From assembly GCA_017935365.1 (NCBI GenBank), contig JAGBHT010000033.1, forward strand, positions 25,697 through 89,696: a DNA stretch of 64,000 bases. The letters are read 5' to 3'. This document shows, piece by piece, positions 30,419 through 42,226 of this stretch; within the stretch, counting starts at the first letter, position 1, and each line of letters starts with the position of its first letter. This DNA is from Ruminiclostridium sp. (GTDB lineage: Bacteria; Bacillota; Clostridia; Oscillospirales; Ruminococcaceae). Both the position numbers and the translations under genes were made by a program. The notes beneath the pieces are model-generated. The model saw only the letters and a program-made list of their open reading frames with translations. It made no database searches and was not told the DNA's origin.

Positions 30419-33391
30419 ATGAGAAATAAAGGGATCAGAATAATGGCGGGTGTGCTGTCGGCATTTATGCTTTTGTCACAGTTCAGCGCCGTTGCTGAGG
30501 AAAGTGCAAGTGACAATACGGCTTCATCGGCTGAAACATCGGAGCAGTCAAAGGAAACCACTCCGCAGGTAGCCGAATCAAAATTCACATTGTCGGATGC
30601 GCTCAAGGCAACCGTGGTAAACCTCGGGGATTTCGAGGCTGAGAAGTTCAGCGAGAATTTTTCGGCCAAACTTGATACGCTTATCAGCTATGGAATGAAC
30701 GGAATATACATAAACCCATATACAAAAGATGTTTCGTATTATTCTACAAATATGAACAAAGGCGGTGACAGGCTGGAAAAAGCGCTTGATATTGCCACTA
30801 AAAAGGGTATGCAGAGATTTGTGTACTTTGATGTGAACAGAACAATGACGGCTTGTCCCGATGGTGAGGACAAGTATGATTTTCTTGTCAGCGAAGCTCA
30901 CAAATTTGCGCTGAGATACAGATGCAACGGCATAATTCTTACCGGCTTTTACGGCTCAAACACCAATACCGTTTATGACGAATACATGAAAAACGGCTCA
31001 GGTATCGGATATAAGAACTGGCTTTATGACAGCGTGGAATACAAGTTCACGACAGTAAGCGATGTTATTCATCTGTCAGATAATTCCATAGCGGTAGGTC
31101 TTGACGCAAAGGATATATGGGCAAATTCGTCAAAGAACAAAAACGGAAGCGATACTTCTGCAAAATATTCTGCTTATTATAACGGCTATGCTGATACAAA
31201 GGCGTTTGCCGAAAAAGGGCTTGCGGACTTTATCGTAGTCAATGCGTCCGGTTCTCTTGATGATGAAACGCTGGCGTTTGATAATGTCTGCTCATGGTGG
31301 AGCGATGTTGCAAAAAAAGCCGATATACCGTTTTATGTTGTTCATCATAACGAAAAAATAGGTACAGATGAAACAGGATGGAGCGTTGAGGATCAGCTTC
31401 TAAAACAGCTTGCCAAAGCAGATGAGCTTGATAATTATTCGGGCAGTGTTTTCTATTCTGAAAAATCGCTTGAAGAAAACCCGATGGGTACGACCGACAC
31501 TCTTACAAAGTACTTTAACGAGCAGATAAACGTTGACAGCCTTTTTGAAGACCTTGAAATGACTTCACCGTACTATACAAGCTATTCTACCGATGATACT
31601 TCCGTTGCGTTCATGGGTACTTTTGACGAGAACTTTGACGTATATTTCGACGGTGAAAAGCTTTCACTCAACGAAGCGGGTAACTTCTACTTTGAAAAAC
31701 AGCTTGAAGTCGGAATGAACACGTTTGTGATAACTCACAAGGGAAAGACGATATATTATAACATTGAGAGAACCATCAATGTGCTCAAATCTATCGGAAG
31801 CTCGATTTCAGAAGGGAAGACGCTGAATGTAGACGGCGGTATGTCGGTATCTGTACTTGCGGTTGCGTACAAGGGGTCATATGCCACAGCAACTCTCGGC
31901 GGTACGACTGTCGAACTTACCGAGAATGCAAAGTCGGATGCAGTTGACATAAACTCTTCCTATGCGGCTTTCACCGGTAAGATTACTGTACCCGAAGGTA
32001 TTGTCGATGAAGAACAGTATCTCGGAAACATAGAGATATCCGCTTCTTATGCGGGCTATTCACGAACATACATAGGTGCGGAAGTGATAGTCAATGCTGT
32101 CAAACTGCCGGATAAGAATGTAGAAGTTATCGATGAGATCCCTGCGGATCAGAGTTCTTTCGGAAACGGAGAAGTTGTCGGAAAGCTCTCCGCGGCGGTT
32201 TCAGACGATACGGAAGTTACATATGTAAAGCTCAACAAGAATTTTGCATATATCTATGACGGAACTAACACCGACTCTGTAAACCCTCCGAATGTAGGAC
32301 AGTTACCGGAAGGCACTCTTGACTATTATAAGAGTGAATGGGACGAATACTATGTTACCGATTCCGGCAAGCGTTTTCTTAAAGAAGACGCGGATCTTGT
32401 CAGAGGTTACGGAATGGGTTCAAATCCGCTTGTTGTCAATGCAATAGGTAATGTCGGCGGTGATTCGTTCATTCAGATGTCACTTGAAGACCGTGCGTCG
32501 TTCACGGTAACTCCTGTAGGAAACGACTATTATACAGGCGTAGACGGCGATTTCAACCTTGATGATTTTACGGCAGACTATATATACATAACATTTGATA
32601 ATATCACCTCGGTAACAGCTCTGCCTGATTTCAACAACTGTACTGTGTTCAGTGCGGGCGAGTGGAAACAGGTCGAAGTAGACGGCGTAATGAAATTCAG
32701 ACTGATACTGAAACTCCGTCAGCCCGGTGTATATGCCGGAAACAGCGCTACTTACGACAGCGACGGTAATCTTATGTTCAAGTTTGAAATTCTCACAAAC
32801 GACATAACAAATATGACGATAGTGATCGATCCGGGTCACGGCGTATCGGAATACGGCTACGATGATCCCGGTGCGATAGGTCATATTGAAGAAGCGGGCG
32901 CAAATCTTGCTGTTGCAAAACTTGTAGAATCAAAGCTCAAGGCACTTGGTGTAAACGTTGTAAGACTGAAAACAGAGAGCGAGTTCTATGATACAAAGCG
33001 CAGACCTTACTATGCCCGTGATTACGGTTGCGATCTTTATATTGCGATCCATTCAAACAAGGCGGGTTCCGAAAGTCCGCGCGGAACAGAGTGCTACTAT
33101 TATACGTCGTACTCTCAGCCGCTCGCAGAGGCGCTTACAAATCATGTATCGTCGTATTTCAGCAACAATGTATATTCTGACGGAGCAAACTGCAACAGAG
33201 GCGCTCAGTACAGTTATATGTGGACGACAAAACAGCAGGACTTCCCGTCGGTACTTATAGAAATGGGATTTGTAAGTAACTATGAAGACGCTATGGCTCT
33301 TGCAAGCAGCTCGCATCAGGATGGCATAGCACAGAGCATAGTTGACGGTATAAAGGAATACGTAACAAGAAGCGGAGTTTCTTCGTATTGA
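30419..33391 (+). CDS. Multidomain N-acetylmuramoyl-L-alanine amidase (C-terminal Amidase_3)
   Basis: Signal peptide; IDPGHG, E..ANL, IAIHSN, LIEMGF Zn-amidase motifs; N-terminal degenerate GHL10-like barrel. Confidence 0.85.
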   Translation: MRNKGIRIMAGVLSAFMLLSQFSAVAEESASDNTASSAETSEQSKETTPQVAESKFTLSDALKATVVNLGDFEAEKFSENFSAKLDTLISYGMNGIYINPYTKDVSYYSTNMNKGGDRLEKALDIATKKGMQRFVYFDVNRTMTACPDGEDKYDFLVSEAHKFALRYRCNGIILTGFYGSNTNTVYDEYMKNGSGIGYKNWLYDSVEYKFTTVSDVIHLSDNSIAVGLDAKDIWANSSKNKNGSDTSAKYSAYYNGYADTKAFAEKGLADFIVVNASGSLDDETLAFDNVCSWWSDVAKKADIPFYVVHHNEKIGTDETGWSVEDQLLKQLAKADELDNYSGSVFYSEKSLEENPMGTTDTLTKYFNEQINVDSLFEDLEMTSPYYTSYSTDDTSVAFMGTFDENFDVYFDGEKLSLNEAGNFYFEKQLEVGMNTFVITHKGKTIYYNIERTINVLKSIGSSISEGKTLNVDGGMSVSVLAVAYKGSYATATLGGTTVELTENAKSDAVDINSSYAAFTGKITVPEGIVDEEQYLGNIEISASYAGYSRTYIGAEVIVNAVKLPDKNVEVIDEIPADQSSFGNGEVVGKLSAAVSDDTEVTYVKLNKNFAYIYDGTNTDSVNPPNVGQLPEGTLDYYKSEWDEYYVTDSGKRFLKEDADLVRGYGMGSNPLVVNAIGNVGGDSFIQMSLEDRASFTVTPVGNDYYTGVDGDFNLDDFTADYIYITFDNITSVTALPDFNNCTVFSAGEWKQVEVDGVMKFRLILKLRQPGVYAGNSATYDSDGNLMFKFEILTNDITNMTIVIDPGHGVSEYGYDDPGAIGHIEEAGANLAVAKLVESKLKALGVNVVRLKTESEFYDTKRRPYYARDYGCDLYIAIHSNKAGSESPRGTECYYYTSYSQPLAEALTNHVSSYFSNNVYSDGANCNRGAQYSYMWTTKQQDFPSVLIEMGFVSNYEDAMALASSSHQDGIAQSIVDGIKEYVTRSGVSSY

Positions 33392-33398
33392 CAATTGT

Positions 33399-33429
33399 AA
33401 ATGCGGCAGGCTGTGTGCCTGCCGCATTT
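33399..33429 (+). terminator. Intrinsic terminator after the amidase gene
   Basis: AAATGCGGCAGGC-tgtgt-GCCTGCCGCATTT. Confidence 0.8.
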
Positions 33430-33472
33430 TATGTTATGTGTTTTCTTTTTTATGAAAGAAGCAAAAAAATAC

Positions 33473-33501
33473 TTGCAATTTACGCGCGTCTTTGATATAA
33501 T
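33473..33501 (+). promoter_or_regulatory. sigmaA promoter of purA
   Basis: TTGCAA-17 bp-TATAAT with TG extended -10. Confidence 0.7.
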
Positions 33502-33552
33502 ATTAATGTACTATGCAAAGGGCTGTGTTGCCCGGTGCAAATCTAATATTAA

Positions 33553-34848
<1,296 letters not shown>

Positions 34849-34870
34849 CAAAACTGTAGGACGTGTTTGA

Positions 34871-35635
34871 TTGAATATCCTTTTTATCGGAGATGTTGTA
34901 GGGCAGAAGTCATGTGCAAATCTCAGAGAAAAATTACCTTTGCTCAAAAGAGAGTATAATATAGATACTGTGATCGTAAACGGAGAAAACTCCGCCGACG
35001 GAAACGGCATAACACCTGTAACGGCAAAATACCTGCTTGACAGCGGTGCCGACTGTATAACTACCGGCAATCATTGTTTCAGACGGAAAGAAATGGACGC
35101 CTTTTACGAAACATCTGATATAGTGATCCGTCCCGCAAATTTTCCCGATGAAGTAGTCGGAAAAGGGTACACGATACTTGACCGCGGCAGATACTCAATA
35201 TGTGTAATAAATCTTATGGGTGTTGTGTTCATGCAGAATCTTGAAAATCCTTTTCACTGCATTGACAGAATATTGAATGAGGTTAAATCAAAGGTAATAA
35301 TCGTTGACTTCCATGCGGAGGCAACATCAGAGAAAAGGGCGCTGGGTCACTATCTTACCGGTAGGGTTTCAGCCGTACTCGGCACTCACACTCACGTTCA
35401 GACAGCCGATGAAGAGATCCTCGGCGGTCATACAGGATACATCACTGATGTCGGTATGACCGGTGTTACCGATTCGGTTCTCGGCATTAAAAAAGAGATT
35501 ATTATTAATAATATGATAACGGGATATCCGCAGAGATATGAATATGCAGAAGGCAGATATTATATCTGCGGTGCGGTTATTTCGGTTGATGAGAAAACAG
35601 GTATCTGTACCTCTATAAAGAGGATCAGATACTGA
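34871..35635 (+). CDS. ymdB: YmdB/TIGR00282 metallophosphoesterase
   Basis: FIGDVVG, NGEN, TTGNH, DFHAEATSEK, GTHTHVQT, TDVGMTG. Confidence 0.92.
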   Translation: MNILFIGDVVGQKSCANLREKLPLLKREYNIDTVIVNGENSADGNGITPVTAKYLLDSGADCITTGNHCFRRKEMDAFYETSDIVIRPANFPDEVVGKGYTILDRGRYSICVINLMGVVFMQNLENPFHCIDRILNEVKSKVIIVDFHAEATSEKRALGHYLTGRVSAVLGTHTHVQTADEEILGGHTGYITDVGMTGVTDSVLGIKKEIIINNMITGYPQRYEYAEGRYYICGAVISVDEKTGICTSIKRIRY

Positions 35636-35659
35636 ATATAAATTACCGGGAGGTTTAAA

Positions 35660-35920
35660 ATGGAAGTAGTAAAAGTTTCAGCAAAATCCGTTCCTAAGTC
35701 GGTTGCAGGCGCAATAGCAGCAGTTATCCGTGAAAACGGCGAAGTTGAAGTTCAGGCTGTTGGCGCAGGCGCTTCTAATCAGGCAGTAAAAGCTATAGCA
35801 ATTTCAAGAAGCTACATGGCACTGTCCGGTGTGGATCTTGTGTGCATTCCTGCTTTCACTACCGTAAGCATTGACGGCGAGGAGCGCACAGCAATGAAGT
35901 TTATCGTTGAATGCCGATAA
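35660..35920 (+). CDS. spoVS: Stage V sporulation protein S
   Basis: KVSAKS.PKSVAGAIA, QAVGAGA.NQAVKAIA, CIPAF. Confidence 0.95.
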   Translation: MEVVKVSAKSVPKSVAGAIAAVIRENGEVEVQAVGAGASNQAVKAIAISRSYMALSGVDLVCIPAFTTVSIDGEERTAMKFIVECR

Positions 35921-35970
35921 GCTTGTATTTATGGTAATTTAAGAGGAGAATTGTTCCGGCAGTTCCGGCA

Positions 35971-36006
35971 CCGCTCTGACGTTTTGTTGTCAGGGCGGAT
36001 TTTTTT
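35971..36006 (+). terminator. Intrinsic terminator after spoVS
   Basis: CCGCTCTGAC-8 nt-GTCAGGGCGG followed by a T run. Confidence 0.7.
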
Positions 36007-36057
36007 GTATATATACTTCTTACGGGCAGATTATATAATTATAAAACGGAGGTATAT

Positions 36058-36573
36058 ATGACAGATATTATAATAATCGACCGTCACGAATCTTTATCAC
36101 TGCTTGCGGCTGAAATTCTGTCGCATTCGTTTGAAATACGTTATTGCAGCGACAAGTCGCTTTACAAAACCGGAAAAGGGCAGATATTGAATATATGGCG
36201 GACTGACAGACTCAACGGACTTGCGTCGGAGAAGTGTATAATAGTGCTTGGTGAAACCTGTGTTTCAGTGCCGCGGATAATACCGGACAGTGCCGTTATT
36301 ATCGCAAATGCAATGAATAAAGAGCAGATGTCGGCATTGACAAATGCCACAGGTAATGTAATCACCTGCGGAAATCTCTTAATGGACACAGTGTCATATA
36401 CAAGTGTTACAGATGATACTGTAACGGTTTCATTCGGCAGGACTTTTTCGACATTATCCGGCAGAGAAATCCAACCGTTTGAAAAACCTGTTTACCGCTA
36501 TAATGATGAAAGCGTATATTCCGTGCTTGCTGTCACAGCTCTGCGTGTGTTACTCGATGACTGCGGATTCTGA
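36058..36573 (+). CDS. Hypothetical protein
   Basis: 171 aa with GGAGG RBS; ITCG...DTV...GRTFSTLSG..IQPFE weakly recalls Mur-ligase central-domain fragments. Confidence 0.7.
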   Translation: MTDIIIIDRHESLSLLAAEILSHSFEIRYCSDKSLYKTGKGQILNIWRTDRLNGLASEKCIIVLGETCVSVPRIIPDSAVIIANAMNKEQMSALTNATGNVITCGNLLMDTVSYTSVTDDTVTVSFGRTFSTLSGREIQPFEKPVYRYNDESVYSVLAVTALRVLLDDCGF

Positions 36574-36743
36574 ACCGTGACTTTTAAGGACGATATAAAA
36601 TATACACGATATACTTGTATTTTTTTTGCGTCTGGTGTATAATGTATATAATAGCATTATAGTAGTGTAGTGTGCCCTTTGGTACATTTGTGATCATAAC
36701 TTGTAACGCGGCACTTGTTTGCTTGCGGGAAAGGTGTATTATT

Positions 36744-37115
36744 ATGGATAAAAAAGCAAATCGTACAGTTGCAAGCCTGAGAATATCAAACGACGTTCTT
36801 ACAAAAATAGCGGAAGTTGCCGCTACCGAAATCAGGGGTGTAGCGTCTGAAGGCGAACATCTTGTTGTAAGCGACAAGAATATTGCACAGATCACCGGTA
36901 AGATCATGACCCCTTCTCCGGTAAAGGCAGTACTCAAGAATGACGCTGTTGAAGTAACGGTCAATATCGTTGTGCTGCAGGGCTTTAAAGCTGAAAATGT
37001 AGCACAGTCGGTCCAGGAGAGTATAAAGTCTGCCATACAGAATATGGCAGGTATCTCCGTATCTAAGGTCAATGTAAAAATTGCTGATATTATGCTTTCC
37101 AAATCAGCTGAATAA
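36744..37115 (+). CDS. Asp23/Gls24-family protein (YqhY-like)
   Basis: LRISNDVLTKIA..AA.EIRGV, VQESIKSAIQNM.G..VSKVNV; upstream of nusB; AAGGTG RBS before ATG 36744. Confidence 0.88.
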   Translation: MDKKANRTVASLRISNDVLTKIAEVAATEIRGVASEGEHLVVSDKNIAQITGKIMTPSPVKAVLKNDAVEVTVNIVVLQGFKAENVAQSVQESIKSAIQNMAGISVSKVNVKIADIMLSKSAE

Positions 37116-37134
37116 ATAAAGGAATTTTAATTAA

Positions 37135-37569
37135 ATGGCAGAAAGAAAACTTACACGTCACGAAATGAGAGAAGCGGCACTGCTGATTCTCTTCCAGAGA
37201 AAACTTAACCCCGAAACTCTTGATGAGCTTCTTGAAGACTGCAAGGAATCGTTTGAGTTTGAATATAACTCTCAGTCGGTAAAGCTTGCAAACGGAGTAG
37301 AAGAACACGAGGATGAGCTGAATAAAATAATCGAGAGCTATTCGCCTTCCAGAAAACTCGACAGAATTTCCTACATAAACCTTGCTATTATGAAGATAGC
37401 TATTTATGAGATGAAGTACTGTCCGTCAGTTCCCGATAAAGTAGCTATAAATGAGGCAATAGAATTTGCTAAGGAATATACAGACAAGGCAGATGTGCGT
37501 TTTATAAACGGCGTGCTCAATTCTTACTATAAGGACAGCCTTAACAATAAGGAACAGCCTGATGCCTGA
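37135..37569 (+). CDS. nusB: Transcription antitermination factor NusB
   Basis: TRHEMRE, INEAIEFAKEY, FINGVL. Confidence 0.93.
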   Translation: MAERKLTRHEMREAALLILFQRKLNPETLDELLEDCKESFEFEYNSQSVKLANGVEEHEDELNKIIESYSPSRKLDRISYINLAIMKIAIYEMKYCPSVPDKVAINEAIEFAKEYTDKADVRFINGVLNSYYKDSLNNKEQPDA

Positions 37570-38782
37570 TTTTTTTACCGTAACCGTATCGCAGGTCACA
37601 AGGCGGCTTTCGATGTTAGTAAAAGGCGACAAGGCGCTTTCTGATATCTATGTTGCAGGGGAAATATCAAATTTTACTTTGCACAGAGCGTCAGGTCATA
37701 TGTATTTTACGTTGAAAGATGAAACATCGTCAATAAAGTGCGTTATGTTCGCCGGCAAAGCCGCAGGGCTTACATTTATGCCTTACAGTGGTCAGAGCGT
37801 GATCGTCCGCGGCGGCGTGAATGTATACGAGCGTGACGGCGCAAATCAGATATATGTAAGCGAGATCATCGAAAAGGGTCAGGGTGAGCTTGCGCTTGCC
37901 TTTGAAAAGGCAAAACGTGAGCTTGAAGCAGGAGGATACTTTGACAAGAAGCGTCCGATCCCGAAACAGCCGAAAAAAGTCTGTCTTATAACAGCCGAAA
38001 AAGGTGCGGCATTACAGGATATGCTGAATATCATCGCAAGGCGCAGACCGATACTTGAGGTCGTGCTTATTCCTGTTACCGTGCAGGGTGCATACGCACC
38101 TGCAACACTTATAAACGGCATTGCGGCGGCACAGACGACAGATGCCGATCTGATTATAATAGGCAGGGGCGGCGGTTCAGAGGAGGATCTGTCGTGCTTT
38201 AACGACATCGGATACGCAAAGGCGTTGTATAACAGTGAAATACCGACAATATCGGCGGTAGGACACGAAACGGATTTTACAATATCGGACTTTGTTGCGG
38301 ATTTGCGTGCGCCTACTCCATCGGCGGCGGCAGAAATTGCCACGTCGGTTACCTGTGACGATCTGAGCGAACATATAGAACTGACTTATGACAAGTTAAG
38401 CGATATAGTACACTCTCAGATAGAAGGGTACGAACAGCTTATTGACGGTTATCAGAGACACATAGCGGCATATAGCCCAATAAACCGACTTGAAAGATCA
38501 CAAAGAGAGCTTGAATTGCTTGACAGCAGAGTCAAGGTGGCTGTAACAGGTCATATCCGCAGTAACGAGGCGCTTGTTGAAAGCTATACGGACAAGATAG
38601 AGGCACTTAGCCCCGTAAATGTGCTCAGGCGCGGTTACAGCGCTGTTACCGTAAACGGCAGGACCGCAGGCAGTATCAATGATATATCCGTCGGCGACAA
38701 AGCGGAAATACTTATGTCTGACGGCATAGCAAAGGCAACAATAACAGAAATTGAAAAGAGCAGCGAGGTGCGTTTTAAATGA
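37562..38782 (+). CDS. xseA: Exodeoxyribonuclease VII large subunit
   Basis: GEISNF..H.ASGHMYFTLKD, GRGGGSEEDL, SAVGHETD, RAPTPSAAAE. Confidence 0.95.
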   Translation: MPDFFTVTVSQVTRRLSMLVKGDKALSDIYVAGEISNFTLHRASGHMYFTLKDETSSIKCVMFAGKAAGLTFMPYSGQSVIVRGGVNVYERDGANQIYVSEIIEKGQGELALAFEKAKRELEAGGYFDKKRPIPKQPKKVCLITAEKGAALQDMLNIIARRRPILEVVLIPVTVQGAYAPATLINGIAAAQTTDADLIIIGRGGGSEEDLSCFNDIGYAKALYNSEIPTISAVGHETDFTISDFVADLRAPTPSAAAEIATSVTCDDLSEHIELTYDKLSDIVHSQIEGYEQLIDGYQRHIAAYSPINRLERSQRELELLDSRVKVAVTGHIRSNEALVESYTDKIEALSPVNVLRRGYSAVTVNGRTAGSINDISVGDKAEILMSDGIAKATITEIEKSSEVRFK

Positions 38783-38955
38783 GCTTTGAAACAGCTATGA
38801 AAAGACTTGATGAGATATCGGTTCAGATGGAACAGCCGGATATCACGCTTGACAACTCGATGAAATGCTATAAAGAAGCGGTTGAGCTTATAGCGTTCTG
38901 CCGCAAGTATATTGATGAAGCCAAGCTTACGGTACAGAAGCTGGAAGAGGCGTAA
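38779..38955 (+). CDS. xseB: Exodeoxyribonuclease VII small subunit (58 aa, missing from ORF track)
   Basis: MSFETAMKRLDEISVQMEQPDITLDNSMKCYKEAVELIAFCRKYIDEAKLTVQKLEEA; ATGA overlap with xseA. Confidence 0.92.
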   Translation: MSFETAMKRLDEISVQMEQPDITLDNSMKCYKEAVELIAFCRKYIDEAKLTVQKLEEA

Positions 38956-38956
38956 T

Positions 38957-39865
38957 ATGCAGATGAACCTGATCGGCACTCCAAAAAATAAAGAAGAGTT
39001 TGACACTATGTTCAAGGCATATCGCATATATTTTGAGGAACAGCTGAAAGCTGTCTGCGATTCGTTCTTCGACAGCGGCGCAAAATACAGGGCTCTTTAT
39101 GATGCGGCGGCATACAGCCTGGAGGCAGGCGGCAAGCGGATAAGACCCGTGCTTGCGTTCGAGATGTGCCGTGTATGCGGGGGAGATCCGTCCGATGCAC
39201 TCCCTGCGGCGATCGCTATTGAGATGATACACACGTTTTCTCTTATACACGATGATCTACCTTGTATGGATAACGATGATATGAGAAGAGGCAGACCGAG
39301 CTGTCACAAGGCACACGGCGAGGCAGTAGCCCTTCTTGCGGGCGACGCACTTACGGCATATGCGGGAAAGGTCATATGCGACAGCAGTCTTTCTGCCGAC
39401 AAAAAAGCCGCTATGATACAGGTGCTTTACGACAGGACCATCGGTATGATAGAGGGTCAGACAATTGATATAGACGGCAACTTTGGTACGCTGGACGGAC
39501 TTTTTTCAATGTACGAGATGAAAACGTCGGAACTGCTGACAGCCGCCTGTGTTATGGGTTGTATAGCGGCGGGAGCAGATAAGGACAAGATATCTGCCGC
39601 AACGGCGTATGCTCACGATCTGGGACTTGCATTTCAGATAGTGGACGACATACTTGATGTAACGTCTACTTCAGAAGAACTGGGAAAGCCTGTCGGAAGC
39701 GATGAAGAGCAGAACAAGACGACAAGCGTTACATTGCTCGGACTTGAAAAGGCAAAGGAACTTGCGAAAAAGTATACCTGCGGTGCAGAAAAAGCGCTTA
39801 CTGCGTTTGATGATACCGTATTTCTGAACAAACTGACGGATCTGCTTTTAAGCAGAAAAAAATGA
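38957..39865 (+). CDS. ispA: Polyprenyl (farnesyl/geranylgeranyl) diphosphate synthase
   Basis: GGKRIRP, SLIHDDLPCMDNDDMRRGRPS, FQIVDDILD. Confidence 0.93.
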   Translation: MQMNLIGTPKNKEEFDTMFKAYRIYFEEQLKAVCDSFFDSGAKYRALYDAAAYSLEAGGKRIRPVLAFEMCRVCGGDPSDALPAAIAIEMIHTFSLIHDDLPCMDNDDMRRGRPSCHKAHGEAVALLAGDALTAYAGKVICDSSLSADKKAAMIQVLYDRTIGMIEGQTIDIDGNFGTLDGLFSMYEMKTSELLTAACVMGCIAAGADKDKISAATAYAHDLGLAFQIVDDILDVTSTSEELGKPVGSDEEQNKTTSVTLLGLEKAKELAKKYTCGAEKALTAFDDTVFLNKLTDLLLSRKK

Positions 39866-39899
39866 CGAGGGTAGTTATACCCTGAGGAGTTCAATATAA

Positions 39900-40403
39900 A
39901 TGAGAACTGATCAGATAAATGTAATTTTACTTATTGCGCTGATAAGCTGGGGTACGGCACAGATAATAAAGACATTCATACATTTTATCAAGACGAAAAG
40001 CTTCAAGGCTGAACGTCTTACAGGTGCGGGCGGTATGCCGTCTGCGCATTCGGCTACTGTCTGTGCGACTGCAATAACCACCTGCAGAGTATGCGGAATA
40101 TGCTCGCCTGAGTTTGCGCTTGCGATGATACTTGCAATGGTCGTAATGTATGACGCTATGGGCGTCAGACGCTCGGCAGGTCTTCAGGCAAAGGAAATCA
40201 ACCGCTTAAGACGTGTGGTAAACGAGCTTGATGAAGAGTTTATGGATAAATTCGACGATAAGGTCGATGAGATAGAAGAAAAGAAGCCCGAAGAGATACA
40301 CGAGCTCAAGGAGTTCCTTGGCCATACTCCTCTTGAGGTGCTTTGCGGAGCTTTGCTCGGAATACTTATAGCTATGGCTGTACCGATACAGGTAGTCGGC
40401 TGA
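39900..40403 (+). CDS. Divergent PAP2-family (DUF212) membrane protein
   Basis: GGMPSAHSA, VVMYDAMGVRR, GHTPLEV. Confidence 0.9.
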   Translation: MRTDQINVILLIALISWGTAQIIKTFIHFIKTKSFKAERLTGAGGMPSAHSATVCATAITTCRVCGICSPEFALAMILAMVVMYDAMGVRRSAGLQAKEINRLRRVVNELDEEFMDKFDDKVDEIEEKKPEEIHELKEFLGHTPLEVLCGALLGILIAMAVPIQVVG

Positions 40404-40428
40404 TAATACATCAATCAGGTGAATAAAA

Positions 40429-42225
40429 TTGATATTGAAAAACGATATGTCCGCCGAGTACCTGAAGTCGCTTACCCCCGAACAGCGTAAAAAACTATGT
40501 ACGGAGATAAGGCAGCTTCTCGTAAAAACGGTAACGGTAAACGGCGGTCATCTTGCGTCAAATCTCGGAACGGTCGAGCTTACGGTGGCAATGCACACTG
40601 TCTTTGACTCTCCGAAGGATAAATTTGTTTTTGATGTAGGGCACCAGTCCTACACACATAAGATAATAACAGGCAGAGCAGGGAAAATGAATACACTGCG
40701 CTGTGAAGGCGGATTGTCCGGCTTTCCGAAATCCGAAGAGTCAGAGCACGACGCTTTTATCGGCGGTCACAGCAGTATTTCTATTTCTGCGGCGCTCGGT
40801 ATTGCAAAAGGTATGCAGCTTAACGGCGACGACCACAGCGTAGTCGCGGTTATCGGTGACGGTGCGTTTACCGGCGGCGAAGCATACGAGGGTATGAACA
40901 ATGCAGGTAAGAGCGACTGTAATCTTATAGTTGTGCTCAACGACAATGAGATGTCGATATCCAAAAATACCGGAGCGCTGGCATTATATCTTGCGCAGAT
41001 ACGGTCAACAAGGAAGTATTACAGCACAAAGACTTCCGTCAAGAATGTACTTGACAAAACCCCCATAATAGGCAAGGGGCTTGGTAAGGCGGCAAAAGGT
41101 ACAAAGCAGTTGCTTAAATTCGCCATCTACCACTCAAATCTGTTTGAGAATTTCGGCTTCAAATATCTTGGTCCTATTGACGGGCATAATCTTGATGAGC
41201 TTACAGAGGCACTGATGGTTGCGAAAATGATGCACAAGCCGTGCCTTGTTCATATTTACACAAAAAAAGGAAAAGGCTATGCGCCTGCCGAAGACAATTC
41301 GGGCGAATATCACGGATTACCGCCTAAAAATCAATGCGGTAATGACGGCGAGTGCTTTACCGAAGTATTTGGAAAGACCCTTCTTTCGTTTGCCGAAAAG
41401 GACAATAATATATGCGCCGTGACTGCGGCGATGAAATACGGTACGGGACTTCAGTATATTTCAAAGGCTTTTCCCGAACGCTTTTTTGATGTCGGAATTG
41501 CGGAACAGCACGCTGTGACTTTCTGTGCAGGACTTGCAAGTCAGGGAAAACTACCTGTTTTCGCTGTATATTCGTCATTCTTACAGCGTTCATATGACCA
41601 GCTTATACACGACTGTGCGATAGAAAACCGTCATATTGTGCTTGGAATTGACAGAGCGGGGTTTGTCGGCGAGGACGGAGAAACACACCACGGTTTGTTT
41701 GATGTGGCTATGTTGTCAACCGTTCCGACCGCAACGATTTATTCGCCGTGCGATACAGCGGAACTTTCTGTCTGTCTCGAACACGCACTGTACAGCGATA
41801 CAGGTATATCTGCGGTAAGATATCCGCGCGGTTGTGAGCTTTCGCATTCGGATACCGATAAATACTGTGATTACAGATATATTTCAAGCGGAAACAAAAA
41901 GCTTATCTTCACATACGGCAGAATAACCGCATATGCAAAAGAGCTCAGCGACACTGCCGATATATTACAAGCGATAAAAATTTATCCCATATCCGATGAA
42001 ATCATAAATATATGCCTTAACTATGATGAGATATACGCTTTTGAAGAGGGCGAAAAAGAGGGCGGAATAGCGCAGAAGCTTTGCACCGCCTTAGTTCTTG
42101 CAGGATACAAGGGTAAATTTTCTATAACTGCCGTTGACGGATTTATCCGCCACGCAAGCGTTGCTACACAACTTCACAATGCAAAGCTTGACGCTGACGG
42201 TATGAGAGAGATCATAGGAGGATAA
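40429..42225 (+). CDS. dxs: 1-deoxy-D-xylulose-5-phosphate synthase
   Basis: GGHLASNLG, DVGHQSY, GDGA..GG.AYEGMN, DVGIAEQHA, GEDGETH. Confidence 0.95.
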   Translation: MILKNDMSAEYLKSLTPEQRKKLCTEIRQLLVKTVTVNGGHLASNLGTVELTVAMHTVFDSPKDKFVFDVGHQSYTHKIITGRAGKMNTLRCEGGLSGFPKSEESEHDAFIGGHSSISISAALGIAKGMQLNGDDHSVVAVIGDGAFTGGEAYEGMNNAGKSDCNLIVVLNDNEMSISKNTGALALYLAQIRSTRKYYSTKTSVKNVLDKTPIIGKGLGKAAKGTKQLLKFAIYHSNLFENFGFKYLGPIDGHNLDELTEALMVAKMMHKPCLVHIYTKKGKGYAPAEDNSGEYHGLPPKNQCGNDGECFTEVFGKTLLSFAEKDNNICAVTAAMKYGTGLQYISKAFPERFFDVGIAEQHAVTFCAGLASQGKLPVFAVYSSFLQRSYDQLIHDCAIENRHIVLGIDRAGFVGEDGETHHGLFDVAMLSTVPTATIYSPCDTAELSVCLEHALYSDTGISAVRYPRGCELSHSDTDKYCDYRYISSGNKKLIFTYGRITAYAKELSDTADILQAIKIYPISDEIINICLNYDEIYAFEEGEKEGGIAQKLCTALVLAGYKGKFSITAVDGFIRHASVATQLHNAKLDADGMREIIGG

Positions 42226-42226
42226 T

